IMG/VR virus record: IMGVR_UViG_3300012953_003264
Coordinates: 17,032-81,031 of that record
Source: a virus
Lineage: Duplodnaviria > Caudoviricetes
Length of the DNA stretch: 64,000 bases
Strand: one strand, 5' to 3'
A program made the position numbers and the translations under genes. Of the stretch, positions 55,748 to 64,000 are shown one piece after another (the stretch's first letter is position 1; each line of letters begins with the position of its first letter). The notes under the pieces are model-generated. The model was given only the letters and a program-made list of their open reading frames with translations, was not told where the DNA came from and did no database searches.

Positions 55748-57211
55748 TTAAAACTCAACTATTAACTTTATATTCTCCGTTTGGTCAGCAGCTCTAGTTA
55801 TTGGCGCTCTGTTTTCAACATATAGAATTTGTCCTGAACCTGCGTCAATTTCTGCAACTGAATAACCATTAGAAAATACAACATTGTTTGTTGTAGCTGA
55901 GTGTGAACTATTAGGAGAACCTGTAGCACCTGAAGTACCACCAGTTATTTGACCGGTTGAACTGAAACCAGTTTGGTTTCCGTTACTATCAATACCTTCA
56001 TTTGTAAATCTAGTTTGAATGTAATATAAAATAGTATTTACTGAATCCCATTCTACAACTTTTCCTACAGCGTTTGTTCCTGATTGTGTTATTTTTTCAT
56101 CAGCTGCAAATGTTCCTGAAGCGCCTGTAATTTTAATTGCTTTAGTCGCTCTTACTGTATTTGCTGTTGAAGCTGAACCTGAAGAAGTCGGGTCTTTAAT
56201 TAAAGCAACTTTTCTAAAGTCGTTAGCAACTGTAACATCTCCAGTATTTGCTGATTCTGTTCCTTCTAGTGAAGTGTTTAACATTATAAAGAAACCACCT
56301 AACTCTTCTACTGCGTTTTTACCATGACCACCTTTTGGTTCAATAATACAATCTAATTCTGCACCAACAAGGTTTGTAGAACCTGCTGATACTATTTGAG
56401 CATTACTTATTGTTGCAAAAGTATATCCTGTTCCAGGTGTAGTTACTGTTACTGAAGTTACAGCACCTGAAGTTACAACTACTGTAGCAACACCACTTGA
56501 ACCATCGCCTCTTAAAGGAATATTTGTAAATGTTCCGTCTGTACCACCTGAGCCGGCAGTTTTAATTTTAATAACATTAATAGCACCATCAACAGCCGCT
56601 GATGATACAGTTGAATTTGTTGCAACTGCCATAAAATCTGTAGATAAAAAATCAGCTTGTTGAGAAGCAGATAAAGTGTACATGTATTTCCATTTATAAC
56701 CATCTGCAAGTGTTAATATAGATGTAGATGTGCCAGTTGGTTCTACAGTTGATTGAGCATTACCATTGTTGTCTAAACATTTGTAAACATTTCTAGCCGC
56801 TGTTAATACATAAAAAGTTGCGTCAAATAAAGTTGTTGCGCCACTATTTGCATTATTTGAATTTGTTGTACCTGTTAAATAATCACCATAATCATGTCTG
56901 TAATAATCGTAAACTGTACCAGTTGTCCAGTTTCTTCTAGGAATAACTATTGAAACATTACTTGATGAGATTTTTTTAGCAGCCAGCATATCGTCAAAAG
57001 TAAAGTTTTGTGTATTTTCTGTATCTGTAGGTGTAATAGGACTTGAATCTGTTCCTTCGTTTTCTGTTCTAGAATCGCCTCTAGTGTGTGTTGTAAATGC
57101 TTGTGGTCTTCCAATACTTAAATAATATGTATTAGGAGCAGCCTCACTAAAAGACTCTCTAAATTGTTCACTATTGTGAACTCTGAATTTGTTTGTTATA
57201 ATTGCTGGCAT
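55748..57211 (-). CDS. gp8: Baseplate wedge subunit
   Basis: PRRNWTTG, YDYYRHD, VYKCLDN, DGYKWKYMYT, PKGGHG, YVENRAPITR...E.IKLIVEF. Confidence 0.9.
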   Translation of the reverse strand: MPAIITNKFRVHNSEQFRESFSEAAPNTYYLSIGRPQAFTTHTRGDSRTENEGTDSSPITPTDTENTQNFTFDDMLAAKKISSSNVSIVIPRRNWTTGTVYDYYRHDYGDYLTGTTNSNNANSGATTLFDATFYVLTAARNVYKCLDNNGNAQSTVEPTGTSTSILTLADGYKWKYMYTLSASQQADFLSTDFMAVATNSTVSSAAVDGAINVIKIKTAGSGGTDGTFTNIPLRGDGSSGVATVVVTSGAVTSVTVTTPGTGYTFATISNAQIVSAGSTNLVGAELDCIIEPKGGHGKNAVEELGGFFIMLNTSLEGTESANTGDVTVANDFRKVALIKDPTSSGSASTANTVRATKAIKITGASGTFAADEKITQSGTNAVGKVVEWDSVNTILYYIQTRFTNEGIDSNGNQTGFSSTGQITGGTSGATGSPNSSHSATTNNVVFSNGYSVAEIDAGSGQILYVENRAPITRAADQTENIKLIVEF

Positions 57212-57234
57212 ATCTTTTTAACTTCCTTAATCAA

Positions 57235-57242
57235 TATTTATA
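57235..57242 (-). promoter_or_regulatory. T4-type late promoter TATAAATA (gp8)
   Basis: tatttata in 41-nt gap followed by AAGGAAG RBS. Confidence 0.7.
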
Positions 57243-57252
57243 CAAGTTTTCA

Positions 57253-57537
57253 TTATGGTTTTGTCGGCCATGTAACATTGTTAACTTTTTCTACGGTATC
57301 AAGACCATTTGTAATATCCCTCAAATTTTGTCTATAAGTGACCATATCTGCACTCATGGTTACATCCGAATTACCATAAAAATCTGTTTCTTGTAAAAGC
57401 ACTTCTCTTTTTGCTCTTATATTTTCTAACGCCTTTTCAAGGTCGCTTTGAGCTGATGATTCTTCACTATCTCTTGCTGTTTCCTCATCTGCTGTAAATT
57501 GAATTCTTACACCGTCAACTAATTTATATCTAGGCAT
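57253..57537 (-). CDS. Tail-fibre assembly chaperone-like protein
   Basis: IRAKREVLLQETD...YRQNLRDIT...WPTKP. Confidence 0.65.
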   Translation of the reverse strand: MPRYKLVDGVRIQFTADEETARDSEESSAQSDLEKALENIRAKREVLLQETDFYGNSDVTMSADMVTYRQNLRDITNGLDTVEKVNNVTWPTKP

Positions 57538-58130
57538 TAATTTTTTGCTCCGTATAGTGTGTATGTATATTGGTCTATATTACCAGTATCCATATAAAGT
57601 TTTACTGCGTCAACATCATTGGCATCCGAGTGAGTTACACCCATACTTTGTAAACCTCTAAAAGCATTTCCAGTATCTTGTCTATGACCTACAAATTCGT
57701 AAAAGTTACCTCTATTTGTTGTATAACCTGACCTGTTAGGTATAATAGTTAATATACCTGCCATACCTTCATTTTGAAAATTATTACCAATAGTTGATTT
57801 AGTTATACCTGCGTAATCTGTTGCTTTACTATTATGTTCAGTATAAGAACCACTTGAACCTGCAACACCATCAACAATCCATGAATAATTAGATGTGTTA
57901 GCTAAATAAGAACTACCACCATCAACACTAAATCTTAATCTGAACTTTGCACCGTCTGTCGCTGGACATAATGAAGCAATAACAAGTTTAAATATTTGAT
58001 AATCTGTACTTAAAGTTAAATTAATTTCTGATACATCAGCCTGACTATTTGCAGCTGATAATTTTACCCAATCACCTTGACCTAAGCCAGTTGTTAAATT
58101 ATTTGCAATTGTTCTTGTTTTAACTCCCAT
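57537..58130 (-). CDS. Fibre-tip-like virion protein
   Basis: STDYQIFKL, RFSVDGGSSY, VKLYMDTGNI...TLYG beta-sandwich pattern. Confidence 0.55.
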   Translation of the reverse strand: MGVKTRTIANNLTTGLGQGDWVKLSAANSQADVSEINLTLSTDYQIFKLVIASLCPATDGAKFRLRFSVDGGSSYLANTSNYSWIVDGVAGSSGSYTEHNSKATDYAGITKSTIGNNFQNEGMAGILTIIPNRSGYTTNRGNFYEFVGHRQDTGNAFRGLQSMGVTHSDANDVDAVKLYMDTGNIDQYTYTLYGAKN

Positions 58131-58134
58131 AATC

Positions 58135-59799
58135 CTATCCTATGTACCTAAACACAATCTCTGCTCCATCAGCAGGCGCCGTGTCAAAAGTTAATGTTAC
58201 TCCTGAAACAGTATAATCATCTGTTGGTACCATACAAATACCGTTTACAAAAACTAATATGTCGTCTACCGTTCTATTTGCTAAAACTGTAAAAGATTTA
58301 CCAGAGTTTGCACCAGCAGAGTTACCTACATTAGATTTGTCTGTTGTTATATTTAATCTTGCTTGTTTACCACCTATAATATCTATAGAATGACCCATGT
58401 AAGAATGAGCAGTACATTCATAAAATAAAGGTGTTGGTGTATTTTCATCTATCGTAATTGTTGTATTAGCACCTGCATTACCAGCTGTACCAGTTACTAC
58501 GACACCAGTTGACATCTCTCTGTTTTTATCTCTATCATAATAAAATTTTAATGGGTGTGTAGCATTTGTACCAGCAGCTTGGTCAAACTTATAAACACCT
58601 TTTGATAAAGTTAAATGTGGAGATTGGTCGCCATCAATAACATAACCATTATTTGAACCTGAACCAAACTCATAATGTTCACTTGTTTTAGTTGCAACCG
58701 TAATTGTTAATGTTTTTGTTACTGTAGAATCTGGTGAACGGTGAGAAATATAACCTGCGTCTTGAAGATTAGCACCTGCTAAATCTAAAGTAGTACCAGC
58801 AACATATCCACTAGGTGCTCCTGGTTCAAAACGACCATTTGATGAATTCCAAATTAATGCGTTACCGTTTGCAATACCTGAAATGTTAACATTTGGATGT
58901 CTTTCAACACCATCATTCTCTGTTAAAATATTAATCCAACCAGCTGCGTCTGCCACATAAGGTTTGTCACCAGTTGTATCGTAAGCAAACATACCTTCAT
59001 AAGTTGTTTCACTAGGAAAGTTTCCTGTTCCTGCAAAATTAAATCTTGCTTTTGAACCTGAAGCTGTTAAGTCAAGTGTACCTGCACCTGATAAACTAAC
59101 TCCTGAAAATGAACTTACAGTAGAACCTAAAGCGGCCGCTGTAGAACCAAAAGTTATTGAAGAGTTTGCTAAATTAGCATTTGATATACCAGCTGAACCT
59201 GATAAATTTGTATTTGATAAGTTTGCTACGGCAATTGTTACTGTATCACCTGAAACTGTTGATGTTGCACCACCTGAACCTACAATTTTTAAAGTTTCGC
59301 CTAAACCAATTGTAGCTGTTGATGAAGTTGTATCTGCAATCGTAATAGGACTAAATGTGTTTGTTGCTGAAGTTAAATCTTTATTTGTTAAAGCAACTGA
59401 ATTTGTTAATGTTGCAAAGTTGTCATCTGTTAGTGCTGTATTAAATTCTGCTGTTGTTCCTGTAAGAGTATTCGTACCTAACGCCATTGACTTATTGGTC
59501 ATGGTAACTGTACCAGAACCGGTCATAATCGTATTGTCGGTAGCTAATGTAATTGTATCACCTGATACTGTAGCGTCAATACCAGAACCACCTATAAACT
59601 TTAATGTTTCACCTAATGCAATCGTTGATGTTGTTGATGTTGTATCTGCAATAGAAAAACTATTGATTAGATTACTTCCGTCACCTAACGAACTGTAGAT
59701 TTCAGTAAAGTTAGAGTTGATTTTAGTACCACCACCACGCAGGTTATCACCTGTTCCGTCATTTGGGTTAGTACCTAGATTTATTGATAGTTTTGCCAT
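58135..59799 (-). CDS. Baseplate/tail-fibre connector (gp9/gp10-like N-terminus) with internal repeats and cupredoxin-like domain
   Basis: INLGTNPNDGTGDNLRGGGTKINSNFTEIY; two about 38-aa repeats; HPL...YECTAHSYMG. Confidence 0.7.
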   Translation of the reverse strand: MAKLSINLGTNPNDGTGDNLRGGGTKINSNFTEIYSSLGDGSNLINSFSIADTTSTTSTIALGETLKFIGGSGIDATVSGDTITLATDNTIMTGSGTVTMTNKSMALGTNTLTGTTAEFNTALTDDNFATLTNSVALTNKDLTSATNTFSPITIADTTSSTATIGLGETLKIVGSGGATSTVSGDTVTIAVANLSNTNLSGSAGISNANLANSSITFGSTAAALGSTVSSFSGVSLSGAGTLDLTASGSKARFNFAGTGNFPSETTYEGMFAYDTTGDKPYVADAAGWINILTENDGVERHPNVNISGIANGNALIWNSSNGRFEPGAPSGYVAGTTLDLAGANLQDAGYISHRSPDSTVTKTLTITVATKTSEHYEFGSGSNNGYVIDGDQSPHLTLSKGVYKFDQAAGTNATHPLKFYYDRDKNREMSTGVVVTGTAGNAGANTTITIDENTPTPLFYECTAHSYMGHSIDIIGGKQARLNITTDKSNVGNSAGANSGKSFTVLANRTVDDILVFVNGICMVPTDDYTVSGVTLTFDTAPADGAEIVFRYIG

Positions 59800-59818
59800 A
59801 TTTTTTGTTCTCTTACAC

Positions 59819-59826
59819 TATTTATA
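59819..59826 (-). promoter_or_regulatory. T4-type late promoter TATAAATA
   Basis: tatttata in 34-nt gap after gp7. Confidence 0.65.
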
Positions 59827-59833
59827 AACTTTT

Positions 59834-62452
59834 TTAAGCGGTTGTGTCATCAAAAGTTTTCGTTGCGTTATCAAATTTAACCAATGTATTACTGAATAAG
59901 TCAGCATTAAAGGCAAGGTCTGTAGGAAACGCAAAATTCATCTTTAAATTGTTACCTACTTGATTATTTGGATCCGTCAAGAAAAATATAGGACTTGTTC
60001 CGTCTAAAGTTGTTCTTGTACCTTGTACTTTAATTTCATTTAACCTTTGAAATGTTATACCTGCACCTGGATTAGATGTACCAAATAATGTATTTGCAAA
60101 TTTATTTAAATTTTTCATTCTTGGTCCTGCGTATGCGTGACCAGTAGCAATTGTTACAGGATTACCACTTCTATCGCTAATTGTTCTTCTTTTTCTTAAT
60201 TGCAATGTAAAATCAATACCATCTCTTGTAAATGTAACATCTCTTGTATTTGCTGGAAAATGTTCTACAGTAGAAGTATTTGAATCTATTGTACCAGCTT
60301 CATGTGGTTTTGTTCTTAAAGATGTTCCGTCATCAACTGTTCCTAATCTTCTACCGAATATTGTAGAGAATAGTGTATTTGCAATACCGAATAGTCCAAG
60401 CTCTACTGCACCTGAAACTTCACCAATAATTGGCGACCTCATTTTCATACTTAATCTTGATGATATATTAACTTGTCCTGTAAAATAAAAACCAGTAGTA
60501 TGCATTGTCTTTTTAAACGAATCTCTCCATAAGTTAATAGATTGACCTACTTTTAATACATAAGAAAAATCTTGATAATATAAACTATCTTGAACTTTCA
60601 TAGTTGACTCTGATAATTTACCTCTTTCAGTAATATATTCACCATCTGTATCTGTTACTGAAGCAACTACAACGGAAACATTAGCGACATCTGTTTTAGC
60701 AACTTTAGCTGTAGTACCATTTGGAAAAGTTAATGTTTCATCTACAACAAAATTACCACCAGTATTATCTTTAAATTTTATTAAATTTCTATCTGTATCA
60801 TAAGAAACAATATTACTTGACTTACTTCCACTTGTAACATTTCCTATTAAAGGAACTGCACCTGAAATATCTTTTAAAATTATATTTTGAAAAAATGTTA
60901 ATGTAGGAGATGGAGCTGTTTGATATTTTTTACCGTGTTCAACTGTTTTAACTTGAATAATTTTTCCTATATCATCACCGTATGCCCTTAAAATAGCATT
61001 ACTTCCAGTTGATGTGTTTATTGTAACAGTTGGTAAAGAATTATAACCTAAACCTTGATTTATTAAAAATAATTTTGTTATCTCTCCGTTACCTGTACCC
61101 GATTCTTGTACAAGTGTTCTTCCTTCGTATTGGTCACCTAAAGTTGTTGCGTCTTCTAAAACAAAAGTATCCTCTGTTCCTGTAGCAGCTGCTGTACTAT
61201 TATTTTGGTCTACAAAACCACCATTTACAATTGAAATAAAACCTTCAGCACCTTGACCGGATGTTCCTGAATTATTAAAAACTAATGTATCTCCTATAGT
61301 ATAATTTGTTCCGGCATTTGATATAACAATGTCTGTTACACCACCTGTGCCTGTTTCACCTATTTGAAATAAAGCTCCTTCACCACCTGCTGTAACTTTA
61401 ATTAAATCATTTATTGCATATAAAGAACCATCATTATTAATTGTTTTTGTTCCTGGAATACCTGTAATATCTGCCTTTACAAAATAGTCATCTGTATCTG
61501 AAGCAGTACCTTGTATTTCTTCACCTACAATAAAGGTGCCTTGAATTGTATCAGCATTTAAAATTAATTCTGTAACTTCATCTGTACCAATTTGAAATTT
61601 TTGTAGGTTTTCAATTAATGCTGTTGCACCAGAATTTTTACCTGTTACTGTTCTACCAATTAATGTTCCTGGTTCTCCTATTCTAGCAATAATTCTTAAA
61701 ATCTTTTTACTATCAAATTGACCATCGGAGGTCTTTAACATTTGTTCTCTAGGATATAAAGTTTCTGAAGTTTCGTTAAAGAGTAATCTAAAAAATAATT
61801 CGTGGCCTTTTTGAGTACCTTTTGCTTTGTATAAAGATTTTACATTTTTAATTAATGCTCTTTTATCTACATCAACATTTAAACTTTCTGGTAATGTAGC
61901 TAAAAACTCATCTCTCATATTTGTTAAGAAATAAGAAATTACTTTATCAGGATCCCTAAAGTTTACAAGGTCTGAAATGTTATTTACAGGATTAGGTTTA
62001 TATCCGTCAAGTGTTGCCGTTGCGTTTGAAGATTGTCCAACTAATACCTCACCACTTATAAATTTATCTTGAGCGGATATGATAAGTCTATTATTAGTTA
62101 AGTCTTCAACAAGTATTACTGCCGTTGCGTTTGAAGATTGACCTTTTACAGTTTCACCTCTTGTAAATTTACCAAATTCAGATTCTTCATATAATATTTT
62201 ATCACCACCGTCTAGTGTTGTTCTAGCAGTATCAATTCTTGTAGCGTCTAATACTAAATTATTTTCTTGACCTGTTTCTGTTTCTAATAAAATACCAACT
62301 GTACTTAATACAGAGGTAACTTTTACTTCAGCAGATTCTAATAGTTGATAATATGTTTTAAGAAATTCGGCAAATTTAGGGTGGTCAGATACCACAAATT
62401 CTGGTAACTGATTGTTAAGTATCGTGGATAATTTTGCATTAAACTTTGCCAT
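59834..62452 (-). CDS. gp7: Baseplate wedge initiator
   Basis: QLPEFV...FAEFLKTYY, LYKAKGT...ELFFRLLF, QDSLYYQDFSYVLK, HTTGF; directly after gp6. Confidence 0.8.
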   Translation of the reverse strand: MAKFNAKLSTILNNQLPEFVVSDHPKFAEFLKTYYQLLESAEVKVTSVLSTVGILLETETGQENNLVLDATRIDTARTTLDGGDKILYEESEFGKFTRGETVKGQSSNATAVILVEDLTNNRLIISAQDKFISGEVLVGQSSNATATLDGYKPNPVNNISDLVNFRDPDKVISYFLTNMRDEFLATLPESLNVDVDKRALIKNVKSLYKAKGTQKGHELFFRLLFNETSETLYPREQMLKTSDGQFDSKKILRIIARIGEPGTLIGRTVTGKNSGATALIENLQKFQIGTDEVTELILNADTIQGTFIVGEEIQGTASDTDDYFVKADITGIPGTKTINNDGSLYAINDLIKVTAGGEGALFQIGETGTGGVTDIVISNAGTNYTIGDTLVFNNSGTSGQGAEGFISIVNGGFVDQNNSTAAATGTEDTFVLEDATTLGDQYEGRTLVQESGTGNGEITKLFLINQGLGYNSLPTVTINTSTGSNAILRAYGDDIGKIIQVKTVEHGKKYQTAPSPTLTFFQNIILKDISGAVPLIGNVTSGSKSSNIVSYDTDRNLIKFKDNTGGNFVVDETLTFPNGTTAKVAKTDVANVSVVVASVTDTDGEYITERGKLSESTMKVQDSLYYQDFSYVLKVGQSINLWRDSFKKTMHTTGFYFTGQVNISSRLSMKMRSPIIGEVSGAVELGLFGIANTLFSTIFGRRLGTVDDGTSLRTKPHEAGTIDSNTSTVEHFPANTRDVTFTRDGIDFTLQLRKRRTISDRSGNPVTIATGHAYAGPRMKNLNKFANTLFGTSNPGAGITFQRLNEIKVQGTRTTLDGTSPIFFLTDPNNQVGNNLKMNFAFPTDLAFNADLFSNTLVKFDNATKTFDDTTA
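62015..62140. repeat. Perfect 21-nt direct repeat inside gp7
   Basis: TGCCGTTGCGTTTGAAGATTG at 62015-62035 and 62120-62140 (QSSNATA twice). Confidence 0.8.
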
Positions 62453-62458
62453 TAATCA

Positions 62459-64000
62459 TTAGTAACTTGAACTTGTTGTATAACCGATACCTGCTTCTGA
62501 AGAACCACCAACAAATGAATCTGCTGAAACATTGACTGAAGAATTAGCAATATCTATTTCAACAATTTGGTCTCTTACTGGTGTTACATCATTAGAAGCT
62601 GGTGTTACAGTTAATTCTATTACAGTTGAAGCTGCCCCTCTAATATTTGAGATTGAAGATATATTAAGTGAATTTAATGTTATTGAACCATTTAAATAAT
62701 TAATTGTTCCTTGTGTTGAGTTTGCGTAAGTTTTAACACCAGAAACTAGATAGTATCTTCTAACATTTCCTTGTCCGTCATCATCTAAAAAATATTCATT
62801 AGTTGTATCACCGTCTACCTTAAATCCTGTAGAAGTTAAAATACCTCCTGCTGAAGCATTATGACCTGAATGTGGATTATACAATGCATTTCTAAAATAA
62901 ATGTTATATGCATTTGAAGCATTTAAAGTTGGTGTAAAATTTTTTCTAATTTTAATAGTTGTAATATTTGACAAGATACTTGTATCAGTATCGTCAATTA
63001 ATCCTGTTAATTTTGAATATCTGAATATTGAATCAAATTGTTGTAGAGTTGTAGAGTTATAATTTGTAATTGATGTTATAACATCTGATTTTAAAGTGTC
63101 TGCTGTTTTTGTTGTTGCCTTTGCGTCAAATTTTACATTTGAAGTTAACAATATAGAAGTTGTTTCCGGGTCAACAATTTGTGGCTGAACTGAAGCAACA
63201 TTATAAGGTGCTAATTGAGTTATAATATCTGTTTTTGTAGTTTCTGTTAATGTAGAACCTGATTTAGGTTTAATTGCAATTTTAACAATACCATATCTTG
63301 GTGTTTCATCTTCTTCACCACCCCAAGCACTTACTGATTGAGCATTAGGGTAAACACTTTTTACAATCGTTTCATAGTCTGTAGCAGTAACAGCTCTGTC
63401 TTGAGCTGCATAATTTAAAGGTGCATTATATTTAATTGATTGATTTGTTTCTGCATTTGTACCACCTGAAGAAGCAGAGTTTACAGTTACAGAAACATCT
63501 GAAAATCCACCGATTGTTCCTTGTAATGTAAAAGCATTTGCGCCGTTTGAAACTGTTTTATTTGTAACAATATATTCTAAAATTATAATACTACCATCTG
63601 CTGGTTTAGCACCAGTAACACCATCACCAAAATAAACTTCATATCTATTGTTTTGACTTTCTTGTAAAAAATAAACTTTACTATTTGAATCTAATCCATT
63701 ATAACCATTTGCAATATCATAAGCAACTGTAGTTGTATCTGTAGAACTATTTTGTACCGAAACTTGTAATGTTGAAGTATCTGCGTCAGAGCTAGGAATT
63801 AAAAACTTTTGGTCAACATCTGTACTATCAACCGTATATTTAAAAGTTACTAATGTTCCTTCGTATAGATTTAAATTTTGAATTTTGTAAACACCATCAA
63901 CAGGTGTAATTGTATTAATTTGGTTTGTAATATACTCATAAGATATTCCATCAACAACACTCGTAAATACCGTACCTTTGTTCATAGTTATAACTGTACC
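62459..64000 (-). CDS. gp6: Baseplate wedge subunit, N-terminus outside window
   Basis: YEVYFGDGVTG, APLNYAAQDRAVTATDY, AWGGEE, FRYSKL; frame open to window end (GTVITMNKG). Confidence 0.92.
   Translation of the reverse strand, partial: GTVITMNKGTVFTSVVDGISYEYITNQINTITPVDGVYKIQNLNLYEGTLVTFKYTVDSTDVDQKFLIPSSDADTSTLQVSVQNSSTDTTTVAYDIANGYNGLDSNSKVYFLQESQNNRYEVYFGDGVTGAKPADGSIIILEYIVTNKTVSNGANAFTLQGTIGGFSDVSVTVNSASSGGTNAETNQSIKYNAPLNYAAQDRAVTATDYETIVKSVYPNAQSVSAWGGEEDETPRYGIVKIAIKPKSGSTLTETTKTDIITQLAPYNVASVQPQIVDPETTSILLTSNVKFDAKATTKTADTLKSDVITSITNYNSTTLQQFDSIFRYSKLTGLIDDTDTSILSNITTIKIRKNFTPTLNASNAYNIYFRNALYNPHSGHNASAGGILTSTGFKVDGDTTNEYFLDDDGQGNVRRYYLVSGVKTYANSTQGTINYLNGSITLNSLNISSISNIRGAASTVIELTVTPASNDVTPVRDQIVEIDIANSSVNVSADSFVGGSSEAGIGYTTSSSY

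Noticed and set aside
576-59698. Numerous short opposite-strand or alternate-frame ORFs in the track (e.g. 1364-1606, 4216-4593, 8626-8976, 28537-28938, 41436-41750, 59357-59698)
   Set aside because: They lie within or antisense to well-supported genes, have no RBS or motifs, and are typical shadow ORFs
1-64000. tRNA, rRNA, CRISPR arrays, integrase, photosynthesis genes (psbA, hli)
   Set aside because: None recognised; intergenic gaps are too short (mostly under 50 nt) to hold them. The absence of photosynthesis genes in this window does not prove a non-cyanobacterial host

Overview
AT-rich segment of a T4-like (cyanomyophage/HTVC008M-type) marine myovirus genome covering the morphogenesis region. 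Almost all genes are on the minus strand. In transcription order they are baseplate gp6 (cut by the window edge), gp7, a gp9/10-like fibre connector, gp8, a 2085-aa structural protein, many tail-fibre/accessory virion proteins, neck gp13/gp14, gp15, terminase gp16/gp17, sheath gp18, tube gp19, portal gp20 and small head-region genes. Two enzyme islands interrupt the structural genes. Island 1 (11229-19097) holds a U32 Fe-S domain/methyltransferase fusion, five 2OG-Fe(II) oxygenases, a DUF401-type membrane protein, heme oxygenase and a PcyX-type bilin reductase. Island 2 (29898-47487, about 17.6 kb) looks like a biosynthetic/tailoring cluster: nitroreductase, four further 2OG oxygenases, two TauD-like enzymes with a non-canonical His-Ser-Asn iron motif, two FMN reductases, GNAT, two methyltransferases, PLP enzyme, membrane desaturase, four glycosyltransferases, three radical SAM enzymes, a kinase-like protein and an epimerase. 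T4 late-promoter octamers (TATAAATA) sit in the short intergenic gaps in front of structural genes and also in front of the arms of island 2, including a face-to-face pair at 39571-39606. This suggests the tailoring enzymes act during virion assembly. The host is inferred, not shown, to be a low-GC marine bacterium such as SAR11. No tRNA, rRNA, CRISPR, intein or integrase was recognised. All family assignments are from motif recognition by eye; no database search was run.
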